DNA from: Acutalibacteraceae bacterium
GTDB lineage: Bacteria; Bacillota; Clostridia; Oscillospirales; Acutalibacteraceae
Length of the DNA: 64,000 bases
Assembly: GCA_045598225.1 (NCBI GenBank)
Contig: JAZLLP010000006.1
Location: forward strand, 22,230 to 86,229
Direction of reading: 5' to 3'
Part shown: positions 18,157 through 28,408 of the stretch, piece after piece
Layout: each line of letters opens with the position of its first letter
Position numbering within the stretch: position 1 is the first letter of the stretch
Program-made: the position numbers and the translations under genes
The notes under the pieces: model-generated
Seen by the model: only the letters and a program-made list of their open reading frames with translations
What the model was told of the DNA's origin: nothing
Databases searched by the model: none

Positions 18157-19406
18157 CAATAAAGCGGATATTTTTCACAAATCTTCGTAACTTCGTCACG
18201 GATGTAATCTGCGCTGTTGTCGAAATCAACCGCCGCAAGTTTTATGAGTTCGGCAATTTTAACCATTTCGTGTGCGCCGAATCCTCTTGTTGTGACTGCC
18301 GCCGTACCTACTCTTATTCCGCTTGTAACGAACGGTTTTTCCTGTTCGTTCGGAATGGAGTTTTTGTTTACGGTGATGTAAACTTCATCAAGTCTGTGTT
18401 CAAGTTCTTTGCCTGTAATACCGAGTGAACGCAGGTCAAGAAGAATAAGGTGGTTGTCCGAGCCGCCCGATACCATATCAACACCCTGTGCGGCAAAAGC
18501 ATTTTCAAACGCTTTGCAGTTTGAAATTATTTTTTTGCCGTATTCTTTAAATTCGGGTTTAAGCGCTTCACCGAAGCAGACCGCCTTTGCCGCAACAATG
18601 TGCATTAAAGGACCGCCCTGTATGCCGGGGAATATTGATTTGTCGATTTTTTTGGCAAGTTCCTCATTATTTGTAAGAATTATGCCGCCTCTCGGACCGC
18701 GCAAAGTTTTGTGAGTTGTTGAAGTAACAACGTCTGCATACGGGAACGGTGACGGATGAACTCCTGAAGCAACAAGTCCCGCTATATGCGCCATATCGAC
18801 CATCATAAGAGCACCGACTTTGTCGGCAACTTCTTTGATTCTCTTAAAATCAATTATTCTCGGATATGCCGAAGCACCTGCAACAATAAGTTTAGGTTTA
18901 CATTCAAGCGCCTTTTTTTCAAGAGCGTCATAATCAAGTAAACCGTTTGTGTCAACGCCGTAACTTTCAAAATTAAAATAACTGCCGCTTACGTTTACGG
19001 GTGAGCCGTGAGTAAGATGACCGCCGTCTGCAAGGCTCATACCGAGAACTGTGTCGCCGGGTTTGAGAAGTGCGAAATATACGGCAAAATTTGCCTGTGA
19101 GCCTGAATGAGGCTGAACGTTTGCGAAATTGCAATTGAAAAGTTTTTTAACTCTTTCACGTGCGATTTCTTCCGCAATATCAACACATTCGCAACCGCCG
19201 TAGTAACGGTGTGCGGGATAGCCTTCGGCATATTTATTTGTGAGTATGCTGCCCGAAGCCGCCATAACAGCGGGGGAAGCATAGTTTTCACTTGCTATGA
19301 GTTCAATGTTTCTGCTTTGCCTTGCAAACTCTTTTGAAACGCTTTCAAAGAGTTCGGGGTCGTAATTTTCAAGCAGAGAAAAATCAGTATTTATAAATTC
19401 GTTCAT
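18156..19406 (-). CDS. glyA: serine hydroxymethyltransferase
   Basis: 416 aa. Motifs [20 protein letters not shown]-Lys region [12 protein letters not shown] and SGGSDNHL. Confidence 0.95.
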   Translation of the reverse strand: MNEFINTDFSLLENYDPELFESVSKEFARQSRNIELIASENYASPAVMAASGSILTNKYAEGYPAHRYYGGCECVDIAEEIARERVKKLFNCNFANVQPHSGSQANFAVYFALLKPGDTVLGMSLADGGHLTHGSPVNVSGSYFNFESYGVDTNGLLDYDALEKKALECKPKLIVAGASAYPRIIDFKRIKEVADKVGALMMVDMAHIAGLVASGVHPSPFPYADVVTSTTHKTLRGPRGGIILTNNEELAKKIDKSIFPGIQGGPLMHIVAAKAVCFGEALKPEFKEYGKKIISNCKAFENAFAAQGVDMVSGGSDNHLILLDLRSLGITGKELEHRLDEVYITVNKNSIPNEQEKPFVTSGIRVGTAAVTTRGFGAHEMVKIAELIKLAAVDFDNSADYIRDEVTKICEKYPLY

Positions 19407-19616
19407 ACCGTACCTCCTGTTTAATGATGATATTTATTTTCTTAATAATAATACAGTATATTTTATAATATTTCAACAGTATTGACGGAAGTTAAATTTT
19501 TAACATAAAAAAATACAAAAAATGACTAAAAGAAACACAAAAATACATCTTAATATCGGTATTTTTTATATTGAACACGCAAAAAATGGTGATATAATAA
19601 TATTGGTGAAGTTTGA

Positions 19617-20534
19617 ATGAATAAAAATATACTGATTGAAAAAATTCTTGAAGAAAAAAAGAAAAGAAATACGCTTATTCTTGCACACACTTATCAGAAT
19701 CCCGACATTATAGACGTTGCAGACGTTACGGGCGACAGTTTCTTTTTAAGTAAAAAAGCCGCCGAACTTAAAGCCGAAAGGGTAATTATGTGCGGCGTTC
19801 GGTTTATGGCTGAAAGCGTTAAACTTCTTTCGCCCGAAACGGAAGTTGTTCTTCCCGTTCCCGAAGCATCATGCGCTATGGCAAAACAGATAAGCCCCGA
19901 AAGAGTAAGAGAATTTAAAAAGAATAATCCCGACACGGCAGTTGTGGCATACATCAACACCACCGCCGCACTTAAAGCGGAATGTGACGTATGCGTTACA
20001 AGTTCCTCCGCCGTAAAAATAGTTTCAAAACTCCCGAATAAAAACATTCTTTTTATTCCCGACAAAAATCTCGGCTCGTTCGTTCAGAAAAAACTTCCCG
20101 AAAAAAACATTATTTTATGGGACGGCTATTGTCCCGTACACAACGAACTTACAGTTGACGATATTATAAAGTTAAAAAAAGAACACGGCGACGCACTTTT
20201 TGCAGTTCATCCCGAAGCACCGAAGGAAGTCACGGAACTTTCAGATATGGCGGGCGCAACAAGTGAAATAATAAAATATGCGCTTTCCCAAAAAGGAAAA
20301 ATACTTATAGGCACGGAAAAAGGCGTTGTCGATTACCTTTCAACTCACGAAAAAGACGGCGAAAGATTTATTCAGGTCGCACCCGAAAAACTCTGTTGTA
20401 AGGATATGAAACTTACAACACTCGAAAATCTTTATGAAAGCATTATCGGAAAATGCGGCGAAAAAATCGAACTTAATGAAGAAACGAGCAAAAAAGCACT
20501 TCTTGCAATAAATAAAATGCTTGAACTCGGTTAA
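19617..20534 (+). CDS. nadA: quinolinate synthase
   Basis: 305 aa. LAHTYQNPDIIDVADVTGDS and three-domain NadA pattern; followed by nadB and nadC. Confidence 0.9.
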   Translation: MNKNILIEKILEEKKKRNTLILAHTYQNPDIIDVADVTGDSFFLSKKAAELKAERVIMCGVRFMAESVKLLSPETEVVLPVPEASCAMAKQISPERVREFKKNNPDTAVVAYINTTAALKAECDVCVTSSSAVKIVSKLPNKNILFIPDKNLGSFVQKKLPEKNIILWDGYCPVHNELTVDDIIKLKKEHGDALFAVHPEAPKEVTELSDMAGATSEIIKYALSQKGKILIGTEKGVVDYLSTHEKDGERFIQVAPEKLCCKDMKLTTLENLYESIIGKCGEKIELNEETSKKALLAINKMLELG

Positions 20535-20552
20535 TAAAAAGGGACTTTGTTT

Positions 20553-22022
20553 ATGGATATTTCGGAAATTAAAAAAGTATATGATGTTGTTATTGTCGGC
20601 AGTGGCGTTGCAGGTCTTTACTCGTCGCTTAATTTCCCGTCCGACACAAGTATTCTTATGCTTTCAAAAAAAGAACGTCATCAGTCGAACAGTTCATTAG
20701 CACAGGGCGGCGTAGCGTGCGTTTTAAGTTTTGAAAACGACAGTTACGAACTTCATATTGAAGATACGCTTATTGCAGGCGGCAGAGCGAATGATGAAGA
20801 TGCCGTAACTCAACTCGTTCACGAAGGTCCGGGTGACGTTCTTAAAACAATAGAATACGGCGTTGACTTTGACCGTGATGAAAACGGAAATCTTATAAAA
20901 ACGCTTGAAGGCGGCCACAGCAGAAGAAGAATTGTTCACCACAAAGACACATCGGGTAAAGAACTTGTTGACAAACTCATGCTTGCGGTTGAAAAACTTC
21001 CGAACGTTACTATCAGCGACGAAACAATAGTCACTAACATTTCACGAATAAAAGACGGCTTTAAAATTGAAATAATGAACAACGGCGAATTCAAAACCGT
21101 TTATTCAAGTTTCTGTCTTATTGCATCGGGCGGAATAGGCAGAGTTTACAAATATACGACAAATCCGTCAGTCGCAACAGGTGACGGAATACGCTTTGCC
21201 TATGAAATGGGTGCTTCAATAAAAAATCTCAGTTACGTTCAGTTCCATCCGACGGCATTTAACGGCCCCGACAGAGAGCAATTTTTAATAAGCGAAGCAG
21301 TCAGGGGCGAAGGTGCTTATCTTCTTAACTCAAACAAAGAGCGTTTTATGGACAGGTACGACGAACGTTTTGAACTTGCACCGAGAGATGTTGTTTCACG
21401 CTCGATTATTATGGAATCAAGGCGGCTCGGAAGCAGTAATTTTTACCTTGACATTCGCTACAAAGGCGAAGAATATCTTAAAAACCGCTTCCCCGGCATT
21501 TACAGCGGCTGTCTTAAATACGGCGTTGACATTTCAAAGGACCTTATTCCGATTTTCCCATGTCAGCATTACTTAATGGGCGGAATTGAAGTAGATCTCA
21601 ATTCACGAACAACACTTCCGAGGCTTTATGCCGCAGGCGAATGTTCCTGCACGGGCGTTCACGGCAAAAACAGGCTTGCAAGCAATTCACTTCTTGAAGC
21701 GCTTGTTTTCGGAAGAAAAGCGGCGGAGGACATTACACGCTGTATGAAAGCGGGGTATTCTTCCGTAAAACCGCAGGATGACGCACCCGCCTGCAACTCG
21801 GGAGCGCCGCTTCCCAAAGGCACAAGAACGGAAATTCGTGAAATAATGCAAAAGGCGTATTTCGTAATTCCCGACGAGGGCGCAATTCACGAGGGATTAA
21901 AACGAATAGAAGCAATACTTAAAAGACTTAAAAACGGTAAATTCGCCGTTACCGCCGATTACTGCGAAGCGGTTTCGCTCGCAACGGTTGCATACATCAT
22001 TCTCAAGGAGGCAGACAGATGA
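20553..22022 (+). CDS. nadB: L-aspartate oxidase
   Basis: Start at MDISEIKK. FAD motif VVIVGSGVAGL, HPTA, GGIEVD and RLASNSLLE. Confidence 0.9.
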   Translation: MDISEIKKVYDVVIVGSGVAGLYSSLNFPSDTSILMLSKKERHQSNSSLAQGGVACVLSFENDSYELHIEDTLIAGGRANDEDAVTQLVHEGPGDVLKTIEYGVDFDRDENGNLIKTLEGGHSRRRIVHHKDTSGKELVDKLMLAVEKLPNVTISDETIVTNISRIKDGFKIEIMNNGEFKTVYSSFCLIASGGIGRVYKYTTNPSVATGDGIRFAYEMGASIKNLSYVQFHPTAFNGPDREQFLISEAVRGEGAYLLNSNKERFMDRYDERFELAPRDVVSRSIIMESRRLGSSNFYLDIRYKGEEYLKNRFPGIYSGCLKYGVDISKDLIPIFPCQHYLMGGIEVDLNSRTTLPRLYAAGECSCTGVHGKNRLASNSLLEALVFGRKAAEDITRCMKAGYSSVKPQDDAPACNSGAPLPKGTRTEIREIMQKAYFVIPDEGAIHEGLKRIEAILKRLKNGKFAVTADYCEAVSLATVAYIILKEADR

Positions 22023-22858
22023 TTTTACCTCAGTTTTATGTTGACGACCTTATTAAAAACGCAATTTCGGAAGATATAAACTACATTGACGTTGCAACAG
22101 ATTATCTGCTTGACGAAAATGAAACGAGCGAAGCGTATTTTGTTTCAAAAGCAGACGGAATTGTTTGCGGCATTGACGTTTCAATGCGTGTTTTTGAACT
22201 TCTTGATGACAGTTTTAAATGCACGCTTTATAAAAAAGACGGCGACAAAGTAAAAAAGGGTGACGTTATTGCCGAATTTTCGGGCAAAACAGTCAGACTT
22301 TTAAAAGGTGAAAGAACTTCTCTTAACTTAATTCAGCACATGAGCGGCATTGCAACGCTTACAAATATTTGCGTAAAAGAAATTGAAGGCACAAATTCAA
22401 GTATAGCAGACACAAGAAAAACACTTCCCGGTCTTCGTGCTTTGCAGAAATATGCCGTAACGTGCGGCGGCGGCAAAAATCACCGTTTCAACCTTTCGGA
22501 CTGCGCCATGCTTAAAGACAATCACATTGATGCAAAAGGCGGAATTACTCCGGCGGTTAATGCACTTCGTGAAAAAATCGGTCACACGGTAAAAATCGAA
22601 GTTGAAACAAGAACGCTTGACGAAGTAAAAGAAGCACTCTCTGCCGGTGCGGACATTATAATGCTTGACAATATGGACAACGAAACAATGGCGAAAGCAG
22701 TTGAAATTGTTGACAATAAAGCACTTCTTGAAGCGTCGGGAAACCTTACTCCCGAAAGGCTTAAAAGCGTCGCCGAACTCGGTGTGGATATTCTTTCAAT
22801 AGGCGCTCTTACACACTCTGTCAGCGCATTTGATATTTCAATGAAAATGAAAAAATAA
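22019..22858 (+). CDS. nadC: nicotinate-nucleotide pyrophosphorylase (carboxylating)
   Basis: 279 aa overlapping the nadB stop (ATGA). Motifs TRKTLPGLR, KNHR and MLDNM. Confidence 0.9.
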   Translation: MILPQFYVDDLIKNAISEDINYIDVATDYLLDENETSEAYFVSKADGIVCGIDVSMRVFELLDDSFKCTLYKKDGDKVKKGDVIAEFSGKTVRLLKGERTSLNLIQHMSGIATLTNICVKEIEGTNSSIADTRKTLPGLRALQKYAVTCGGGKNHRFNLSDCAMLKDNHIDAKGGITPAVNALREKIGHTVKIEVETRTLDEVKEALSAGADIIMLDNMDNETMAKAVEIVDNKALLEASGNLTPERLKSVAELGVDILSIGALTHSVSAFDISMKMKK

Positions 22859-22879
22859 AAGATAATCGAAACAAAAATC

Positions 22880-22911
22880 AAGACTTCGGGCAAACACAAT
22901 CCCGAAGTCTT
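22880..22911. terminator. bidirectional intrinsic terminator
   Basis: AAGACTTCGGG ... CCCGAAGTCTT between convergent nadC and the kinase gene. Confidence 0.75.
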
Positions 22912-22925
22912 AATTTATTATGTTA

Positions 22926-24815
22926 TTACATAAACGCTTTCATTGTTTTTATAATTTCTTTTACGTCAATAGGTTTGCTCAGATGTGCATTCATTCCGGC
23001 ATCAACAGCCTCTTTTTTGTCTTCTTCAAAAGCGTTTGCCGTCATGGCGAAAATGGGCAGAGTTTTTGTCCATTCTTTATTCATTGCACGAATTGCACGA
23101 GTTGCATCATAGCCGTTCATAAACGGCATTTGAATGTCAATAAGAGCATATTTATAATAATAAGGCTCTGCTTTTTCAATAATATCGACAGCCTCCGTAC
23201 CGTCGGTAGCCGTATCAATAATCATACCGAGTTCTTCAAGAACATCCTGTGCAATTTCACGGTTTAACGGGTTGTCGTCTACAAGAAGAACTCTGGCTCC
23301 GTCGAGAAATTCCGTTGATGTTTCTTCTTCAACTTCTTCAACCTCAATTTCTGACGGGTCGCACTTTTCAAAAGAGAACTGACATGATATTGTAGTACCT
23401 TTTCCCTTCTGACTTTCAACATTCAGCGTACCGTTCATTAAATCGGTCAGTTTCTTAACTATTGACATACCGAGGCCGGTGCCCTCGATTCCGCTTGCGG
23501 TAGCGGTTTGTTCTCTTTCAAATTCGTCAAAGAGATGTTTGACAAATTCTTCGGACATTCCCATGCCGGTATCTGCAACGGTGAATTTGTAAATAACATT
23601 GTTTTCGCCTTCACCGACCTGTTCTATTGTATATGTAATACTTCCGTCTAACGTATATTTGAAAGCGTTTGACAAAATGTTCATCAGCACCTGATTGAGA
23701 TGAAGCATATCGTAACAAACAGCAGTAGATTTAATGTTAACTGTTTTAAACCGGAAGTCAAGCGTTTTGTTTGTACCGAGTTGTTTTACGATTGTAATAA
23801 GTTTCTCCTGATCTTTTATTAAGTCGCCGGGTTGATTTATTATTTCAACTTTTCCGGACTCGATTCGTGACATATCGAGTATTTCGTTTATTAAAGCAAG
23901 CAGATGTTCTGCCGAAACGGTTACTTTACCTAAACATTCATTAAGATACTCTTTATCATCCGCATTCTTTTTTGCAAGGTTTGTAAAACCGATTATGGCG
24001 TTCATCGGCGTTCTGATGTCGTGACTCATATTGAAAAGGAACCTTGTTTTTGCTTCATTGGCTTTCTGAGCAGATTCAAGCATCAACCTGTTCTTTTCCT
24101 CTTCGTAACGGTTTTTAAAATATTCCGCTCTCTGTTTTGTAACCGTTGTTGTGTAAATGAATATGCCCGACATCATAAATCCGAGCGAATACATCGGTGC
24201 ATCGGGGAACTGAAGTTGCCCGAAACCGAAAAGAAGCGGAATAACGGAAAACATTATTATAGTTCTGCCGTTTTTGAATTTTGAAGTCTTTTTCGTTTTT
24301 TTGTTTGAAAAAACTCTTAAACCGTAGAAAATTAAAATAAAGTAATAAGACATCTGAATACAGAAGTTTACAGTACGCAAATAATCGGTATGGTAAACGC
24401 TGTTTTCGTCTATTGTGAAAAATTTGCCCGTAAACGGGTTTGTACCTATAATTACAAGTTGTGCTATAAGCAAAAGCGTTCTGATAACGTGAATCGGTTT
24501 GGCCGAAACGCCGGAGTCTGAAATATACGCTACCGTGTAACCCGCCCAGAAATATGCCGAAAGTGCGGCGAAAATGTGAAAGCCGTATGTAAAAATAACA
24601 TAACCTGTTCTGCCTGTATTAACGACCGACGACATAAAAACGCCCCAGACACTGTCTTCAACAGCAAACAGTAAGAAGAATGTCAGCAAACGGGAAAAAG
24701 GTTTGTCGATTGTGTCTTTGTATTCCGTATCATTTACTTTTTGTATCAATACCAAATAAACTATTGCAGCAACTGCGGCGACTACCGAATACAGCAGTCC
24801 TATATCCATTTTCAT
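22926..24815 (-). CDS. hybrid sensor histidine kinase / response regulator
   Basis: N-terminal ~7 TM helices. HisKA H-box FLFNMSHDIRTPMNAI, HATPase (GTGLGMSIV), C-terminal receiver (VLLVDDNPLNRE ... DIQMPFMNGYD ... K). Start chosen at MKMDIG after AGGGGA. Confidence 0.85.
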   Translation of the reverse strand: MKMDIGLLYSVVAAVAAIVYLVLIQKVNDTEYKDTIDKPFSRLLTFFLLFAVEDSVWGVFMSSVVNTGRTGYVIFTYGFHIFAALSAYFWAGYTVAYISDSGVSAKPIHVIRTLLLIAQLVIIGTNPFTGKFFTIDENSVYHTDYLRTVNFCIQMSYYFILIFYGLRVFSNKKTKKTSKFKNGRTIIMFSVIPLLFGFGQLQFPDAPMYSLGFMMSGIFIYTTTVTKQRAEYFKNRYEEEKNRLMLESAQKANEAKTRFLFNMSHDIRTPMNAIIGFTNLAKKNADDKEYLNECLGKVTVSAEHLLALINEILDMSRIESGKVEIINQPGDLIKDQEKLITIVKQLGTNKTLDFRFKTVNIKSTAVCYDMLHLNQVLMNILSNAFKYTLDGSITYTIEQVGEGENNVIYKFTVADTGMGMSEEFVKHLFDEFEREQTATASGIEGTGLGMSIVKKLTDLMNGTLNVESQKGKGTTISCQFSFEKCDPSEIEVEEVEEETSTEFLDGARVLLVDDNPLNREIAQDVLEELGMIIDTATDGTEAVDIIEKAEPYYYKYALIDIQMPFMNGYDATRAIRAMNKEWTKTLPIFAMTANAFEEDKKEAVDAGMNAHLSKPIDVKEIIKTMKAFM

Positions 24816-25026
24816 CAGCATTCCCCTGATTTTCAAAATATAATATGCCTTTCCCACCAATAAGTCAGTTTAATGTTTTAAATGTAAAATGTCAATAGAA
24901 AATGTAAAATATGTGTATGTTTTTTTTAATTCCATTTGCTCTCTCCGTTGAAAAAACATTTTTTATATGGTATGATTTTATCATTAAAAAAAGATAAGGT
25001 CAACGGATATTGAGAAAGGGATTTTT

Positions 25027-25422
25027 ATGAAAATTTTTATTTGCCTTGATGATGACAACGGAATGATGTTCAACAACCGCCGTCAAAGCCGTGACGGAAA
25101 AGTCGTTGAAGATGTTATAAAAACAGTTGGCGAGAACATACTTTTTACTGACGAATATTCAAAAAATCTGTTTAAAAATTTTGAAAACGTCACCGTTACA
25201 GACGAATTTCAGGATGACGGTTTTTTCTTTGTCGAAAACCGTGATATTGAAGAATTTTGCGAAAAAATATCGGTTTTGACCGTTTACAGGTGGAACAGAA
25301 AATATCCGAATGATTTTGCGCTTTCGTTCAATATTGAGGACAAAGGATTTAAACTTTTTGAAACTTCGGAATTTGAAGGCAATTCGCACGAAAAAATAAC
25401 AAAAGAGGTATGGGTAAAATGA
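25027..25422 (+). CDS. hypothetical protein (DHFR-like N-terminus)
   Basis: 131 aa with good RBS (GAAAGGGA). MKIFICLDDDNGMMFNNRRQSRD resembles RibD_C/DHFR-fold proteins; function not supported further. Confidence 0.6.
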   Translation: MKIFICLDDDNGMMFNNRRQSRDGKVVEDVIKTVGENILFTDEYSKNLFKNFENVTVTDEFQDDGFFFVENRDIEEFCEKISVLTVYRWNRKYPNDFALSFNIEDKGFKLFETSEFEGNSHEKITKEVWVK

Positions 25423-25850
25423 ACCGCACTTTAAGAATATTTTCTTTAGTTTTGTCGCTTCTGCTTCTTCTCGGCATATTTACTTCGTGCGACAAACCGA
25501 CAACTTTGCCGTATTACGCTCCCGAAGACACCGGCAAAAACGGCGAACTCACAACGGTTCGGGAAACTTCCGCAACAGGTGAATTTTCACTTTCGTCAAT
25601 TCCCGAATACAGCGGCAAACCGTACGTTACAGTCAATAACAACACTCCGTTTTTTAAAGAAAATGAAATAACAAAAAAATCTTATGAATACTACGCTCCT
25701 CTTGATTCGCTCCTCAGGTGCGGTGTAACTGTTGCCTGCATAGGCAAAGATTTGATGCCGACTGAAAAAAGAGGCGAAATCGGCTCGGTAAAACCGACGG
25801 GGTGGTGCAACGAAAAATATGATTTTATTGACGGGCATTATTTATACAAC
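25419..25850 (+). pseudogene. 5' part of a disrupted secreted DNA/RNA non-specific endonuclease (EndA-like lipoprotein)
   Basis: ATGA-coupled to the upstream gene. Lipobox LLLLGIFTSC. The frame reads ...VKPTGWCNEKYDFIDGHYLYN up to 25850, then enters element sequence (IWNI stop). It continues in frame at 36596. Confidence 0.85.
25845..25850. repeat. left copy of flanking direct repeat TACAAC (ATACAAC if extended 1 nt)
   Basis: The identical hexamer recurs at 36590-36595 immediately outside the right inverted repeat. Confidence 0.75.
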
Positions 25851-25873
25851 ATATGGAACATTTAGAAAGTGTT
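25851..25873. repeat. left terminal inverted repeat
   Basis: ATATGGAACATTTAGAAAGTGTT against the reverse complement of 36567-36589, TTATGGAACATTTTAAAAGTGTC: 19 of 23 identical. Confidence 0.8.
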
Positions 25874-25936
25874 AAATATTTAGCTAATAATAGGTGAACA
25901 CAATTGACTTAATTTTATTAATCAAGGAGATAGAAT

Positions 25937-27118
25937 ATGAATAATAAAACATTGAGAGTATGCTCACTATTATTGAGTTTGCTCTTACTTTTTTCTATAT
26001 ATGGTTGTGTTGGGGATTTTTCTGTAAATGTACAAGAACAACAGACAACAGAATCAATTACTAATACAACAGAATATTCAGGCGAGACCCCAATATATCA
26101 TGATGATAATTTCAAACTCCATATGCTTGATGTTGGACAGGGACTTTCTTTGCTTATAGAAAGTAACGGACATTTTATGATTTATGACGGCGGAGGAAGA
26201 GAGGCATCATCTTTTGTGGTAAGTTATTTAAAAAAATATGGTGTTAAATCTTTGGATTATATGTTTGTTTCCCACTATGATGAAGACCATATAAATGGTT
26301 TGGTCGGTGTACTACACACTGTTAAGTGTAGTGAGGTTGTTTGTCCGGATTATACTACAGATTCAAATGTATACAATTCATTCGTTAATGCAATGGCTGA
26401 TTCAAAAGCAATAATTAACCATCCTTTTATTGGAGATGAATTCAAGCTCGGAGATGCAAACATCCTGGTTGTTGGCCCTACAGACTATAATAATGACAAC
26501 GATAATGACCAATCTGTATCTATTAAAATAACCTGCGGTAATTATTCATATCTTGTTTGCGGCGATGCAACAACGGAAAGTGAATCCGAAATGCTCGGTA
26601 CAGGAATGAATCTTGATTGTGATGTGTATGTTGTAAGCCATCATGGAAGTTCGTCATCGAGCGGAATGTCGTTTTTGCGTACAATCACTCCGGAGTGTTC
26701 GCTGATTAGCAGCGGAAAGGATAATAAGTACGGTCACCCAACAGAGAAAACACTTTCATCTTTAGAAGAAGTAAATAGCGAAATATTCAGAACGGATGAA
26801 GAAGGAACAATAATTATAGAATCTGATGGCGATGACCTTGTAATAAGTGCGAATGACATTTTACTTTATTATAAAGAGAATCCTAATGATAGTGTAACAA
26901 GGGCATCGATTAACGCAAAAAATGAAAATAAAACAGAGACTGAGGTTTCTAATGAATCTCAGCAACAATACATCCTTAATACAAATTCCAAAAAATTTCA
27001 TTACCCTGATTGTCCATCAGTTGGAAAAATGAGTGAAAAAAATAAAAGGTCCGTAATTTCTTCACGAGATGAATTGCTTAATCAAGGATACGAGCCGTGC
27101 AATTACTGTAACAGTTAA
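25937..27118 (+). CDS. secreted MBL-fold hydrolase (ComEC C-terminal-like) with C-terminal Cys4 zinc-ribbon tail
   Basis: 393 aa, RBS AAGGAG. Lipobox-like LLFSIYGC. MLDVGQGLS ... SHYDEDH metallo-beta-lactamase motifs. Tail YILNTNSKKFHYPDCPSV...GYEPCNYC. Confidence 0.8.
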   Translation: MNNKTLRVCSLLLSLLLLFSIYGCVGDFSVNVQEQQTTESITNTTEYSGETPIYHDDNFKLHMLDVGQGLSLLIESNGHFMIYDGGGREASSFVVSYLKKYGVKSLDYMFVSHYDEDHINGLVGVLHTVKCSEVVCPDYTTDSNVYNSFVNAMADSKAIINHPFIGDEFKLGDANILVVGPTDYNNDNDNDQSVSIKITCGNYSYLVCGDATTESESEMLGTGMNLDCDVYVVSHHGSSSSSGMSFLRTITPECSLISSGKDNKYGHPTEKTLSSLEEVNSEIFRTDEEGTIIIESDGDDLVISANDILLYYKENPNDSVTRASINAKNENKTETEVSNESQQQYILNTNSKKFHYPDCPSVGKMSEKNKRSVISSRDELLNQGYEPCNYCNS

Positions 27119-27123
27119 TATAA

Positions 27124-27167
27124 GAGGCTATGACGAAATGAAAAGTTTCATCATAGCCTCGTTTTTT
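27124..27167. terminator. intrinsic terminator
   Basis: GAGGCTATGA ... TCATAGCCTC followed by GTTTTTT. Confidence 0.75.
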
Positions 27168-27175
27168 ATTTGTGA

Positions 27176-27385
27176 TTATGAAATTGTAATTTTTACCCGC
27201 TCTATTAATTCTATTTGATAATTCAGAGTATCATGAATCCGCTCCGCTGGCACACCCTTTTCGAGTAAAGTTTTTATAAAATCTTCTTTGTTATGCATAG
27301 AAACCTCCTCGGAAACTTTCTTAGTTACTTCTTTAATGCCTTTTTCAGTACCTTCTTTGATGGTTCCTTCGGAATCTTCTACCAA
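27176..27385 (-). CDS. small K/E-rich protein, paralog of 27647-28000 (start uncertain, TTG; possibly frameshifted)
   Basis: 69 aa. The tail FIKTLLEKGVPAERIHDTLNYQIELIERV aligns with IIALLDAGVSTELICDILECPAELVNEV of the divergent neighbour. An upstream ATG (MSKIMEDFG) is in another frame. Confidence 0.4.
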   Translation of the reverse strand: MVEDSEGTIKEGTEKGIKEVTKKVSEEVSMHNKEDFIKTLLEKGVPAERIHDTLNYQIELIERVKITIS

Positions 27386-27646
27386 AGTCTTCCATAATTT
27401 TACTCATAACATTATAAACTTTCATAAATTAAATTGTAAGAACATTTTTCCTCCGCCATATTATTATCTCCTACAGGGTTTGTTGTTATTTGCTAAATAA
27501 AACGGAGTTACCTCATAGGCAACTCCAAAATAAGCAGTATATCCTTACCGTTATTTATAAGACATATATCTTGCACTATTTACTTTAATGTCATATAATT
27601 ATGATTGTTACTTATATGCGAAAAAATAGAAAGGAGAACTTTGTTT

Positions 27647-28000
27647 ATGAGTGAAACCGAATCAAAAAAGTACTATGAAAACATGACTAACGAAATCTAT
27701 AAGGCTATTCACAAAAATATTGAAGAGAAACTTACAGATGAACTGATTGACGAGGTCGTTAAAGAAGCTACCAAACGGTTTGCTGATGACCTATCAAAGA
27801 AGCTTAGCAAGGAATTCACGGAACGAATCAAAAAAGATGTCACAGAGAACGTAACCCGAGAAATTAAGGAAAAGGAAATAATAGCTTTGCTTGATGCTGG
27901 AGTTTCAACCGAGCTGATTTGCGATATTCTCGAATGTCCGGCAGAACTGGTCAATGAAGTTCGGAACGCTCCGCCCACTTCGTTCGAGTGGATAGAATAA
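27647..28000 (+). CDS. small K/E-rich helical protein with HTH-like tail
   Basis: 117 aa from MSETESKKYY (RBS AAAGGAG). Charged heptad-like region, then LLDAGVSTELICDILECPAELVNEV. Confidence 0.6.
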   Translation: MSETESKKYYENMTNEIYKAIHKNIEEKLTDELIDEVVKEATKRFADDLSKKLSKEFTERIKKDVTENVTREIKEKEIIALLDAGVSTELICDILECPAELVNEVRNAPPTSFEWIE

Positions 28001-28014
28001 GTGATGAATATTAA

Positions 28015-28053
28015 AACAACGAGGACTTAATGTGATGAGTCCTCGTTGTTTTG
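28015..28053 (+). terminator. intrinsic terminator
   Basis: AACAACGAGGACT ... AGTCCTCGTTGTT followed by TTG. Confidence 0.7.
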
Positions 28054-28408
28054 CTCTTTTATCCACTATATTAGAGGGCGTGTCATATTTTTATCTCGCT
28101 GATTTAACAAAGAATTATTTAGTGTATTTTTTCCATCTCCATTATATTGTAATTACCCAAATTTATTCATAGTAGTTTTTTATTCTCTCAAAACATTTAT
28201 ATAGCTCTTGCGGATTTCATATTATATTTATAAGTGTGATATCAGGAGTAAAGATATTTAGATTTTATAACCCCTAAAGCGTCTTTAAAATGGTATTTCT
28301 ATAACCAGTATATAAAAAATTAAGTTATATTTATGTAACTTGCATGATAAAAAATAATAAAACGGTTGAAAAAAGAAAAAAATAATGTTAGAATAGGCGG
28401 TGCAAAAT

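Noticed and set aside
18056-18238. 60-aa ORF spanning the glyA 3' end, the heptamer array and the sRNA.
   Set aside because: Its translation ([14 protein letters not shown]...) is just the heptamer array read through. It overlaps a promoter-terminator-defined sRNA and the glyA coding end.
22920-23267. 115-aa plus-strand ORF downstream of nadC.
   Set aside because: It lies antisense to the receiver domain of the hybrid kinase and begins inside the bidirectional terminator region.
28064-28074. Near-consensus DnaA box TTATCCACT inside the mobile element.
   Set aside because: It is a single 8-of-9 match in an AT-rich non-coding stretch with no cluster, which is compatible with chance.
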